A stretch of DNA of 64,000 bases from Desulfosporosinus sp. (GTDB lineage: Bacteria > Bacillota > Desulfitobacteriia > Desulfitobacteriales > Desulfitobacteriaceae), in assembly GCA_049302315.1 (NCBI GenBank), contig JBAQLX010000677.1, forward strand, positions 11,425 to 75,424, read 5' to 3'. A program made the position numbers and the translations under genes. Shown piece after piece: positions 19,006 to 27,081 of the stretch. The notes beneath the pieces were generated by a model, which was not told where the DNA came from, did not search any database, and saw only the letters and a program-made list of their open reading frames with translations. Each line of letters begins with the position of its first letter. The first letter of the stretch is position 1.

Positions 19006-19958
19006 ACTTGCCCACTCCCTTGCTGTCCACTCCCTTGCTGTCCGTTTCCTTGCTGTCCTTGCGCAACCTGGTGTGGTCCCGTCGCAACCTGACATGTCGA
19101 ACAAATCACACACCCAAACTTTTTCATTAATTGTTCAGTGATCATCTCTACCGTCCAGTCGCCAACGGGTTCAATCTGTTTGCCGCATTCGCAACAACTA
19201 GAATTATTCGGCTCGTCATCAGGGCCAATAACTACAACTTCACTGGTTACACCACTGGATAACTGCAGGCAATCTTCTCCGATTAATTGGTGATTTGTCG
19301 ATACTCCTCCCCCAAACAACGCGTCCTGACCAGCGGCATATCGCTTAATCAGCGCCGCCTTGAGCTCCGGATCCGTTGTATTAAGAACGACCAGTGCGAC
19401 CGCAAATGGTTTCTCAAGTTCTTTAGCTGTGTAGGACCCCTTAAGCCCTAGTCCGGCACGCAGCGCCCTAAGCAGTGCCTTTGTCTCGCAATTAGCCCCC
19501 ATATGTTCTAATGGATTCTTCTTGGCGAGCGTATCCTGCTTAGTAACTTCCTTCGTGGCAGTATACTTTCTATATCCACCACTTGGCTCAGGGACAAGAA
19601 TGGACACCTGATAGGCTTCGTCATCCCTAGTTGGACATCCGTTGCATTGAGGAGCTAAACGAGTTGATTTTGATATATCAACACATCTTCGACAGTTTTT
19701 AGGAAGTATCGGCTTAGACTCCTCCATAATTACGTTTGCGGCTGTCATGAGCTTAAGGCATGCTATTTTAGTCAGGGAAAGCTCAACGGTTTGCTTCTGC
19801 TTATAAACATCCTTGGCAACGGGATCGGTGTCTATTTTGACGATGTTTACCATGACTTTATGCAAAGGAGATATTTCGGTCATCGTCGCGGGGAAAAGTC
19901 GGTTAAATTGATCGACAGGGTAATTATTGATTGATGCAATCGTTAAAGCGTTATTCAT
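19002..19958 (-). CDS. hypothetical protein with Cys4 cluster and G/Q-repeat tail
   Basis: 318-aa ORF; 'CRRC...CNGC'; 'ETKALLRALRAGLGL' is vaguely Rad52/SSAP-like; function not assignable. Confidence 0.6.
   Translation of the reverse strand: MNNALTIASINNYPVDQFNRLFPATMTEISPLHKVMVNIVKIDTDPVAKDVYKQKQTVELSLTKIACLKLMTAANVIMEESKPILPKNCRRCVDISKSTRLAPQCNGCPTRDDEAYQVSILVPEPSGGYRKYTATKEVTKQDTLAKKNPLEHMGANCETKALLRALRAGLGLKGSYTAKELEKPFAVALVVLNTTDPELKAALIKRYAAGQDALFGGGVSTNHQLIGEDCLQLSSGVTSEVVVIGPDDEPNNSSCCECGKQIEPVGDWTVEMITEQLMKKFGCVICSTCQVATGPHQVAQGQQGNGQQGSGQQGSGQV
19014..19058. repeat. 15-bp tandem repeat x3 (ACTCCCTTGCTGTCC)
   Basis: Copies at 19014-19028 and 19029-19043 are identical; the third, 19044-19058, matches 12/15; encodes the (QQGxG)n tail of the 318-aa protein. 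Confidence 0.7.
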
Positions 19959-20284
19959 TACGCCACCCCCTTAACGAGTTCGACGAGGGCTAGGTTAATG
20001 CGAAGATCCGTATTAAGGTTCGAAAGCGTGGTTCTAGATCCATCAAGCGTACTCTCTGCAACATATACATTTGCACGCTCATCTGACGTGAGCTCCCTTA
20101 TCTGCGCAGCCCGAATTTCGGCGTTTTTGCCATCTATTAATCCTCCAGTTAGGGGTGAGTCCTCTTTATCTTGTAGAACACTTTTTGCCACTAGTAGGTC
20201 TTTAGATGCATTAAAAACTTCAGTATTAACCTCCACTATGGCTCCTCTTAGATATTCAAGCCGCTCAATTAATTTTTCGCGCAT
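19958..20284 (-). CDS. hypothetical protein
   Basis: ORF abutting neighbours. Confidence 0.55.
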   Translation of the reverse strand: MREKLIERLEYLRGAIVEVNTEVFNASKDLLVAKSVLQDKEDSPLTGGLIDGKNAEIRAAQIRELTSDERANVYVAESTLDGSRTTLSNLNTDLRINLALVELVKGVA

Positions 20285-20336
20285 ACAATTCTCCTCCCCT
20301 AAAATTCACTTAATACTTTACAGATCAACTCGTTTT

Positions 20337-21425
20337 CTATCTCGACTCGCCCACCCAATCGGCAAGCTCATCGCGCAAACGACCGCGGAATAACTTCTGT
20401 GCATCAGCTATAGCATTGTTTACGTAAACACCTTCCAGCTTAAATAGCACAGCGTTCAGGTCTCGAAAAATATCGTTAATCGTTTCGTCGGAAGTGCGCG
20501 GAGTAGGATCTGTTAGCTTGCTACTTAGGTTTTCATCACGCAATTTCTGGGCGTATTCTTTGGTTAAGATCGGGAATTCATCAGACCAATCCTTATCCGT
20601 TTTAGGCGTGATCGGTGTCACCGGTTCCATAGTAATCGCCAGTGGTTTATCTGGTTGCGGTTCGGAAAGCTCGGGCGACGCATCCAATATCACGGAATCC
20701 ATCTCCACCACTGGCAACTCCTGCGCCTCAGTGTCGGTGTGAAATTGCTCGATCTCGGTTAAAGTAGGTGATGCTTGCGTCGTATCAATGTTGCCCTCCA
20801 TCGTGACCGCCAAAGCCTCATCCTTTACGACCTGAGCTACAGCACGTAAGCTATTATCAATTGCCGTTTTAAGAAATGGTGTGGCACGAGCTATATCTTG
20901 TGCAAATGAATCCGGCATTGCCACACCTACACCAGAAGTCATAGGCGGCCTTGACCGTCCTGCGGGCGGTGCAGTTGTTAACTCTGTTGGTTGTTCTACG
21001 TGCAACCCCATTGTCGGACTAGGCTTATCCACAGCGGTATTCTCCTTCGCCTTACTCTTGATTCCCTGTAATCCATAATCACGTTTCCATTTTTCAACCG
21101 TAGACTTGCCAGCATTATACTTAACCGCGATATCGTTAACCGTCATTCCTTGTAAAAGGTCTTTCTCTAATTCATCTTTCGTGGGTTTATTTGGGTTCAA
21201 CTCTTCCCTCCTCCCCTTCGAGCCTTTCAATTCCTTAAGCTTCCTCTCTCCAGCCCGCATACAATTCCATCTACAAAACCAGTGCGTCTTGCCCTTGATG
21301 ACAATCTTGTATGCCCATAAATCCAATCTAGGGATAATAAATGGTCGCTTGCACTCTTCACATGTTCGTTCCTGCTGCGAGAGGATGCCGCCAATGGTAG
21401 CGTTGTCATGCCCATCGTGTTTCAT
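20337..21425 (-). CDS. putative DNA-binding protein (zinc finger + HTH)
   Basis: Start moved to ATG 21425 (GAGGTGA-N7), downstream of the methyltransferase stop; 'CEECKRPF...CRWNC' and HTH-like 'MTVNDIAVKYNAGKSTVEKWKRDYGL'. Confidence 0.55.
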   Translation of the reverse strand: MKHDGHDNATIGGILSQQERTCEECKRPFIIPRLDLWAYKIVIKGKTHWFCRWNCMRAGERKLKELKGSKGRREELNPNKPTKDELEKDLLQGMTVNDIAVKYNAGKSTVEKWKRDYGLQGIKSKAKENTAVDKPSPTMGLHVEQPTELTTAPPAGRSRPPMTSGVGVAMPDSFAQDIARATPFLKTAIDNSLRAVAQVVKDEALAVTMEGNIDTTQASPTLTEIEQFHTDTEAQELPVVEMDSVILDASPELSEPQPDKPLAITMEPVTPITPKTDKDWSDEFPILTKEYAQKLRDENLSSKLTDPTPRTSDETINDIFRDLNAVLFKLEGVYVNNAIADAQKLFRGRLRDELADWVGESR

Positions 21426-21445
21426 TTGGTTATCACCTCGGTCAT

Positions 21446-24400
21446 TTATGAGACTAGGCTCCGTATTTCTTCCCATGATTTCTTTGGGCTGACCCAAATA
21501 TCGTTTGAACTCATTTCCCAAGCGTTTTTCGATGCAACCAGAAGAGCATGTAAAACGACTTCCGCCATGGCTCTTCCCGCTGGAGGTGGTACCATATTCC
21601 CTATGGCCTCACGCCATCTTTGGTCTGAGTTCCCTGAGAGTATGAGAGGTTTGCCGTTTATGATCACTGGTAATCCCTGAAGTGCTGCCAGCTCCAACGT
21701 GGTCAAGGGTCTGTGCCATGTACCGTCCAAAGAGATAATCACGGGAGGTGGATCTAAGGTTTCGTTGTCTTTCGGGATGCGTGGATCCGAAACAGCAGCT
21801 ACGGCGTTCGAACTGGTGACGCTTGCCGAACCAGTGACTGTTGATATCGGTTCATCCCAATTCGCTACGCCATATAGATTTGGACGGGAATTACAGGTGA
21901 TTCGCGGGTCTGCTATTGCTGAAGCTCCAGCATGTATATCTCCAGCGCCTATCACTGTTTTCCCGGGTTCATTCCAACTCTGTACCCCCATCATCCCGGA
22001 ACGTGGTTTGCATCCGAGCCGTGGATCTGCGACCGATTGCGCGCCCGATTGAATGTCAGGTGTTCCGGTCACAGTTGATGCTGGCTCTTCCCAATCTAGG
22101 ACTTTTCGCTTATTGGAATATCCTCCGCCCACTCTCGGATCTGCTACGCAAATTGCCCCATTATTAGGTCGATGGGCTCCCGTGACTGTGCTCGCTTCCT
22201 TGTCCCATTTATTTACTTGATAGATTGCCGTATGGGTGCTGTCCTTAAATCCTGTTCTTGGGTCAGCTATCGCAATGGCCCCACTACCAAACCTCGTCCC
22301 TGTCACGCATGGCGCAGGTTCATCAAACTTTACTACTCGATATACGCCCGGGTGTCTGCTTTTTCTTTCGGTCAATCTGGGATCCGCTATACACGTTGCA
22401 CCGTTCGAAGTTCCCACTTTTGCGCTCCCAGTTATTGTTGTGCTTGGTTCATTAAACTTCTGAACCCGGTAAACTCCTTCTCTAGGTTTATGTCCTAATC
22501 TTGGGTCTGCGATATTAGTCGCATTTGAACCATTTACCTTTGCGTTCGCGGTGACTGTATTACTGGGCTTGTCCCAGTCCTGAATTCCAAAAGATCCACC
22601 ACCTCGAGGTATATGCTCCAATCGATATTCTTCGGGAGCAATCTTCTCCAAGTCTCGCCAATCTCCACCAGCTGGGATTAACGCCAACCTTACCCACGTT
22701 TTCCACTGAAGCTTCGGTAGCCTGTGTAATGGTCCCATTTTTTCGGTACCCGGAAGAGGTAATGGCCCAATAACCTCGCCGATGGATTTCACCCTTTGCT
22801 TTGTTGGCTCATAGATAAACGATTCCATTTTGGCCTTGTTTCTTGCGATAAGTAGGTATCTTTTCCGATGCTGTGCCAGACCTCCGATCTCCCCGCAATC
22901 ATGGTCCCTGTCGTCAACGACATATCCATAACTTTGAAGCATACCCTTGATTGTATTGAGGAGCTTTTGCCCCCTAGTTCGTATGCGTGGCACATTCTCA
23001 AGAAGAATCACTGAGGGTAAGTCATCCCTGAATGCCTCAAGTACTAGGAATATGCCCCGTGTTACTAATCTATTAAGTGCTTGGTATTTATCTGTCGCCG
23101 CCGATGCTTGGGGCAAGAGTCCACTGAAGCCTTTACAGTTGTGAGTTGCTATCATCCATGTACAGAAAGTATTATCTTCATCAACTTCGAGATTCCAAAC
23201 TCGTTCTATCTCTGACCTTTTTGTTATCTTTCTCACCCTGACCCAGATAGCACCATCAATAATTTCAAAAATAGTTCTCTTTTTAGGGTCCATGCGAACA
23301 GTTAATTCCCAGCGGGGTTTAGTCTGTACTTTTCTACCTTCTATCACTTGCTCACCACCTGGCCAACATTTGTTTATCCCTCCATATTGACCTGTTCGTA
23401 ATAATAATCTTTGTAAATTTCGGAGTAGTGGCAATGAGACCGATGCGATTTTCCATCTAGCTTGAAGTTCATTCTTGGCCATTCTGCGTCCTTGTTCGCT
23501 TCCATCAGTAGCTCGATACCCATCAATTAGAGCAACTAATAACGGTTTTTCTAGGTTCATAAGCCTTACGGGAATATCCTTGTTCTCTGCACCATCCCCG
23601 AAGGCTCCAACCAATTGCCATAGGTGTTTTGAATCAACTCTAATTTTGATATTACTTTTACCACCACTATTGTCTTCGTTTGAGTTTATCCCCAATTCTT
23701 TTAGTGATAACCGAACTTGATCGGCTAGAGGTCCATCTTTTGCTCCAACACAGAAACAAACCTCATATCGGTCGTGTCGCCGATATCCATCCCCAATATA
23801 GGCACCTAGTAGAAACCAAAGGTATTGACTTTCAGTAAATTCACTAAGATCTATAATTCTACTAACTTTAGCCACGTGACTTCGGTTATGGGTTCCTTCT
23901 TTTGTTACGAACTGAGGGTCTCCAAATGATTTTACAAATTCCTTAGCACATCCCTCAATTTCTGGCTCAATAGGAAACCCAATGCGGTCTCCGATTCGTA
24001 TGTCGTTTGCCTTAACAAACTCAGGTTCGCTTAGCGTTCGCCTTTTTTCGTTTGAGACTGGCCTAATTACTCTCCGTCGCCAAATTGGATGTTCCGCTGT
24101 AAATCTACGGGTATCCACAGTTCCATTTAGACGTATGCCGACCATATCCCCCTCATAGTTATGGGTACCTACTTTAAGCACTTGTCGATATCTTCCACGA
24201 TGCGTTAATACGAATTCACCTGCTCGTATTTCCTCAATTCTTTTCGGACCGTCAATAGTTAAAATCTCTTCACTTCCAGGTAAACATGGTGGCGAAAGGA
24301 ATATTACGTCTGGATACTCCCCTCCTGCAGCTGTCATGATGTCATCCGGGGTTACTTCTTTCCAGTTAGGAGAAGGTTCTTGACCATGGAATGCAATATA

Positions 24401-24604
24401 ATCACGTCTTTCAAATAGGTCCATACAGACCGCTTTGCCTCCGGTTATATACTCGTAGTCAGCACAGGCTTTCGGGTCCACATCGATACCCACTAACGTT
24501 CGAAACTTGCCTTGCAGGCCTTTCCATTCTCCGATAGCCTGCTGGAAGCCCAAGGAACCTCCGCCAATTCCGGCGAACAGGTGTAATATTTTGAATTCTT
24601 TCAA
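21446..24604 (-). CDS. DNA (cytosine-5)-methyltransferase, intein-interrupted, with 7 tandem repeat modules
   Basis: Motif I 'LFAGIGGG'; motif IV reconstituted as 'SPP|CKGFSG' across the intein; 'LLENVPR' (VI); 'QHRKRYLLIA' (VIII); 'GNMVPPP' (X). Confidence 0.9.
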   Translation of the reverse strand: MKEFKILHLFAGIGGGSLGFQQAIGEWKGLQGKFRTLVGIDVDPKACADYEYITGGKAVCMDLFERRDYIAFHGQEPSPNWKEVTPDDIMTAAGGEYPDVIFLSPPCLPGSEEILTIDGPKRIEEIRAGEFVLTHRGRYRQVLKVGTHNYEGDMVGIRLNGTVDTRRFTAEHPIWRRRVIRPVSNEKRRTLSEPEFVKANDIRIGDRIGFPIEPEIEGCAKEFVKSFGDPQFVTKEGTHNRSHVAKVSRIIDLSEFTESQYLWFLLGAYIGDGYRRHDRYEVCFCVGAKDGPLADQVRLSLKELGINSNEDNSGGKSNIKIRVDSKHLWQLVGAFGDGAENKDIPVRLMNLEKPLLVALIDGYRATDGSEQGRRMAKNELQARWKIASVSLPLLRNLQRLLLRTGQYGGINKCWPGGEQVIEGRKVQTKPRWELTVRMDPKKRTIFEIIDGAIWVRVRKITKRSEIERVWNLEVDEDNTFCTWMIATHNCKGFSGLLPQASAATDKYQALNRLVTRGIFLVLEAFRDDLPSVILLENVPRIRTRGQKLLNTIKGMLQSYGYVVDDRDHDCGEIGGLAQHRKRYLLIARNKAKMESFIYEPTKQRVKSIGEVIGPLPLPGTEKMGPLHRLPKLQWKTWVRLALIPAGGDWRDLEKIAPEEYRLEHIPRGGGSFGIQDWDKPSNTVTANAKVNGSNATNIADPRLGHKPREGVYRVQKFNEPSTTITGSAKVGTSNGATCIADPRLTERKSRHPGVYRVVKFDEPAPCVTGTRFGSGAIAIADPRTGFKDSTHTAIYQVNKWDKEASTVTGAHRPNNGAICVADPRVGGGYSNKRKVLDWEEPASTVTGTPDIQSGAQSVADPRLGCKPRSGMMGVQSWNEPGKTVIGAGDIHAGASAIADPRITCNSRPNLYGVANWDEPISTVTGSASVTSSNAVAAVSDPRIPKDNETLDPPPVIISLDGTWHRPLTTLELAALQGLPVIINGKPLILSGNSDQRWREAIGNMVPPPAGRAMAEVVLHALLVASKNAWEMSSNDIWVSPKKSWEEIRSLVS
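21770..22603 (-). repeat. seven tandem ~38-42-aa protein repeats inside the methyltransferase (aa ~668-945)
   Basis: Each unit: hydrophobic-x-W/F-(D/N)-(E/K)-P/A-(S/A/G)-x-T-(V/I)-(T/I)-G ... (I/V)-(A/S)-D-P-R. Confidence 0.75.
23138..24286 (-). mobile_element. intein (383 aa) with LAGLIDADG homing endonuclease, inserted at the catalytic Cys of methyltransferase motif IV
   Basis: N-terminal 'CLPGSEEILTIDG', block B 'RFTAEHPIW', LAGLIDADG motifs 'LWFLLGAYIGDGY' and 'LVALIDGYRATDGS', C-terminal 'WMIATHN|C'; coordinates derived by codon counting (aa 107-489). Confidence 0.85.
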
Positions 24605-24625
24605 TGTTTACGCCCCCTTATGTCA

Positions 24626-24934
24626 TCACTCACCCTTTTCATTCCTCAAAACTTCCTCAGCCCATACCCGATCAACTAAGGGTGCAATCATCGAGCTATC
24701 CATGCTACACTTAGTCTGTATATTTTCCTTTGTGGCTCCCGTTGGCGCGGGAGTCGTTTTTATGTCCCAAGCACGATTTAAATCCCGTAGCGTACATGCA
24801 ATCTCAAGAACCTTCTGCGGTATCGTAGTACTTAGGTCACCCATTATTTCCCCGATAATCCCGATGGCAAGGGTGTTCATTTCGGCTTTGGTCTTGAGGT
24901 CGGCGAACCAGCCTCTGCGGTCTGTCGTGTTCAT
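24626..24934 (-). CDS. hypothetical protein
   Basis: ORF, 4-nt overlap with the upstream gene. Confidence 0.5.
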   Translation of the reverse strand: MNTTDRRGWFADLKTKAEMNTLAIGIIGEIMGDLSTTIPQKVLEIACTLRDLNRAWDIKTTPAPTGATKENIQTKCSMDSSMIAPLVDRVWAEEVLRNEKGE

Positions 24935-25317
24935 GCCACGCCTGCCATCTTTATCCGTATTACTTCGCCCATCGTCGCGAGGAATTCCGAATTACACATA
25001 GGCCTTATCGCACCCAATACCTTGCGCCATGTCTCGTCGTCAGCCCTGCTCGCTTCTATTGCGTGTCTAATATTCCTTTCGGCCTGCTCAGGCTCCCTAT
25101 TGTGTATCTCGGCAACTGCTGGATACAATTCCCTAGTCATGGCGTAAATCATATCAGGGTCATCATAGAGTTCGTTCATGGCTGTCTTGATCATCTCGTA
25201 ACCTCTCAAGTGGGCAGGAATACCGAGCTGGTGGATTATACTATAGACTTCAAGTGCGTATTTACGTTGGTCTGCATCTGTGCGCTTGTCCTCGTTTTTG
25301 TTTGTAGTTTTATTCAT
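24931..25317 (-). CDS. Spo0A C-terminal (DNA-binding) domain protein, no receiver domain
   Basis: 'LGIPAHLRGYEMIKTAM', 'ELYPAVAEIH', 'ERNIRHAIEA', 'NSEFLATM' parallel the B. subtilis Spo0A C-domain blocks (GVPAHIKGY / LYPDIAKK / ERAIRHAIE / NSEFIA). Confidence 0.8.
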   Translation of the reverse strand: MNKTTNKNEDKRTDADQRKYALEVYSIIHQLGIPAHLRGYEMIKTAMNELYDDPDMIYAMTRELYPAVAEIHNREPEQAERNIRHAIEASRADDETWRKVLGAIRPMCNSEFLATMGEVIRIKMAGVA

Positions 25318-25337
25318 TTGGCTTGCTCCTTTCTCCC

Positions 25338-26585
25338 TTAAAATAACAACGTCCCATACCGCAGGTCTTCGAGTACATTTTTTCTCGGTGTCAACCTATC
25401 GAATGCACAGGGCCGCATATCAAGTAGCCAGTCACACTCTAAGGCGTTTAGCTTTATGTCGTCACTGATAGCGCAGGCAAACGTTTTCATTTCTCTTGCC
25501 ATACCGTATTTCATCAATGCCGCCCATTTTTGCGGGTAATGTTTCCGCAGGATTTCGATGTTATTTCTCTCGTAAGCAAGCCCTGTGCCACAGGTATAAC
25601 ACCCGTTGCGCTCGAAGAGCTTGTTGCCGTTCTCGTCAGTCAGGTCATAAAGGGGTGCATAAGGCACGTTGAATTTGTGTATATAATCCCAAACATCATT
25701 ATCTGACCAGATTGACAGCGGGTTAGAGTAAAGATAGCCATCAGCAGTTGTGTAAAGAAATCCGTAGTCGAGAAACGTAAATGTCCGACGCCTTGATTCA
25801 CTTGCCATCAAACCGCGAAAGAGGGTAGCGCAGCCAAGCTTTTTTTGAAGCTTTTGCGAAGGCTGCTCCTTAATAAAATTGCAGCAACTGTGCGATATTC
25901 GCAGGTCAGGGAATTTTCGCAGGATAGAGTAATATTTGTCGTTGCCCTTCGATTGCTCCGGGCTATATTTCAAAAACACATTAATGTTGATTCTCGGCGC
26001 GTCAAGCTTCGTAGCGTCTTTACCCAAGATAGGAAAGCCGTATTGCTCCGCGATAAACCAAAAGCTGACGGGTATTCCCGCTTCCCAAACCAATTTACGG
26101 CGGCGGAAATCTTCCCACATTTCGGGCGTGACCGCTAAGTTAAGCTTGTCCGTTGAGAGCAAACGCCCCTTTTTGTTTAGGTACTTTTGAGCATCGCCCC
26201 TTGCCTCAATCAGTGCCCAAACCTCCTTCTGGGCTTCATACTTCAGGCGCGGGACCTTTAATCGTTCGAGTTTTGTCTCATAGAAATTGTCGCCGCCCCA
26301 TTCCCTGCCGAGGTTGCGGGCGAATTTGAGGCTTTCGGGATACTCAACACCCGTATTGCCAAAAATCACAATCATTTTTGATGCTTCATCAGGACAGGTT
26401 TCGCGAATTAAATGCCAAAGCGCAGTTGAGTCTTTGCCGCCGGAAAAGGCAAGGGCAATCTTGTTGCCTCGTTTGAATGTTTCGCGGATTATCTCTTTGG
26501 CCTTCTCAATTTTTTTATCGAGTTCCCATGATTGCATTTCCTGCAACTCTGAGTATTTAAAGATGCTTTGCCTTTTCTTGCTCAT
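25338..26585 (-). CDS. PAPS-reductase-family (PP-loop) protein
   Basis: PP-loop 'ALAFSGGKDSTALWHL'; C-terminal Cys residues 'NGCYTCGTG'. Confidence 0.8.
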   Translation of the reverse strand: MSKKRQSIFKYSELQEMQSWELDKKIEKAKEIIRETFKRGNKIALAFSGGKDSTALWHLIRETCPDEASKMIVIFGNTGVEYPESLKFARNLGREWGGDNFYETKLERLKVPRLKYEAQKEVWALIEARGDAQKYLNKKGRLLSTDKLNLAVTPEMWEDFRRRKLVWEAGIPVSFWFIAEQYGFPILGKDATKLDAPRININVFLKYSPEQSKGNDKYYSILRKFPDLRISHSCCNFIKEQPSQKLQKKLGCATLFRGLMASESRRRTFTFLDYGFLYTTADGYLYSNPLSIWSDNDVWDYIHKFNVPYAPLYDLTDENGNKLFERNGCYTCGTGLAYERNNIEILRKHYPQKWAALMKYGMAREMKTFACAISDDIKLNALECDWLLDMRPCAFDRLTPRKNVLEDLRYGTLLF

Positions 26586-26745
26586 GCTTACCTTCTATCT
26601 TTACTGCGTTCGCTCGGAGCTTGACCTCGAAGCATTCCAGACAATGTTGACAGTCGTAATATTTACTGCCCTCTCCGTACTCTTGGAGATTGATTTCAAT
26701 GCCTTGCCTGCCTTTGCAATATGGGCATTTAATCGTAAATGTCAT
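26557..26745 (-). CDS. zinc-ribbon protein
   Basis: 'CPYCKG...CQHCLEC'; overlaps the downstream gene start by 29 nt. Confidence 0.45.
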   Translation of the reverse strand: MTFTIKCPYCKGRQGIEINLQEYGEGSKYYDCQHCLECFEVKLRANAVKIEGKHEQEKAKHL

Positions 26746-26751
26746 TACACT

Positions 26752-27081
26752 CTATCCCCTTCCCCCTCCCCTCCCCAACCCCATCGGCCTAACCCTAACG
26801 TACATTGGCACAACGCCCCTCTGCCCCATCATCCTGCCATCGTTATAGTCAACCAGCACCGTATTATCTGTTTGTTCATAGTCGCAATCGAAACAATCAT
26901 CACAGGATTTACGGCATTGTGCATCGCCCTCGCGAACCGTGTTGCCACTACTCATCTTCCGCGCCCAATCCTCGCGGTACTGCTTATCATGTTGTTCCTG
27001 CTTGTACGCCTCGACTTCTCGCCGGAGCCAGTTTATTTTGAGGAGTTGGCGGCGGATAAGTTTGGCTAGTTGGTTTGGCAT
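26752..27081 (-). CDS. hypothetical protein
   Basis: ORF only. Confidence 0.5.
   Translation of the reverse strand: MPNQLAKLIRRQLLKINWLRREVEAYKQEQHDKQYREDWARKMSSGNTVREGDAQCRKSCDDCFDCDYEQTDNTVLVDYNDGRMMGQRGVVPMYVRVRPMGLGRGGGRG

Noticed and set aside
21699-22498. Cluster of plus-strand ORFs (21699..22052, 21916..22167, 22172..22498, 22236..22463, 22258..22455)
   Set aside because: They lie antisense to the methyltransferase repeat array. The periodic DNA keeps several frames open, and there is no independent support.
26287-27069. 260-aa plus-strand ORF, the longest plus-strand ORF in the early region
   Set aside because: It lies entirely antisense to three well-supported minus-strand genes (the PAPS-reductase N-terminus, the zinc-ribbon ORF and the 109-aa ORF). 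It has no RBS and a low-complexity Leu/Pro/Ser-rich translation, so it is a shadow ORF.
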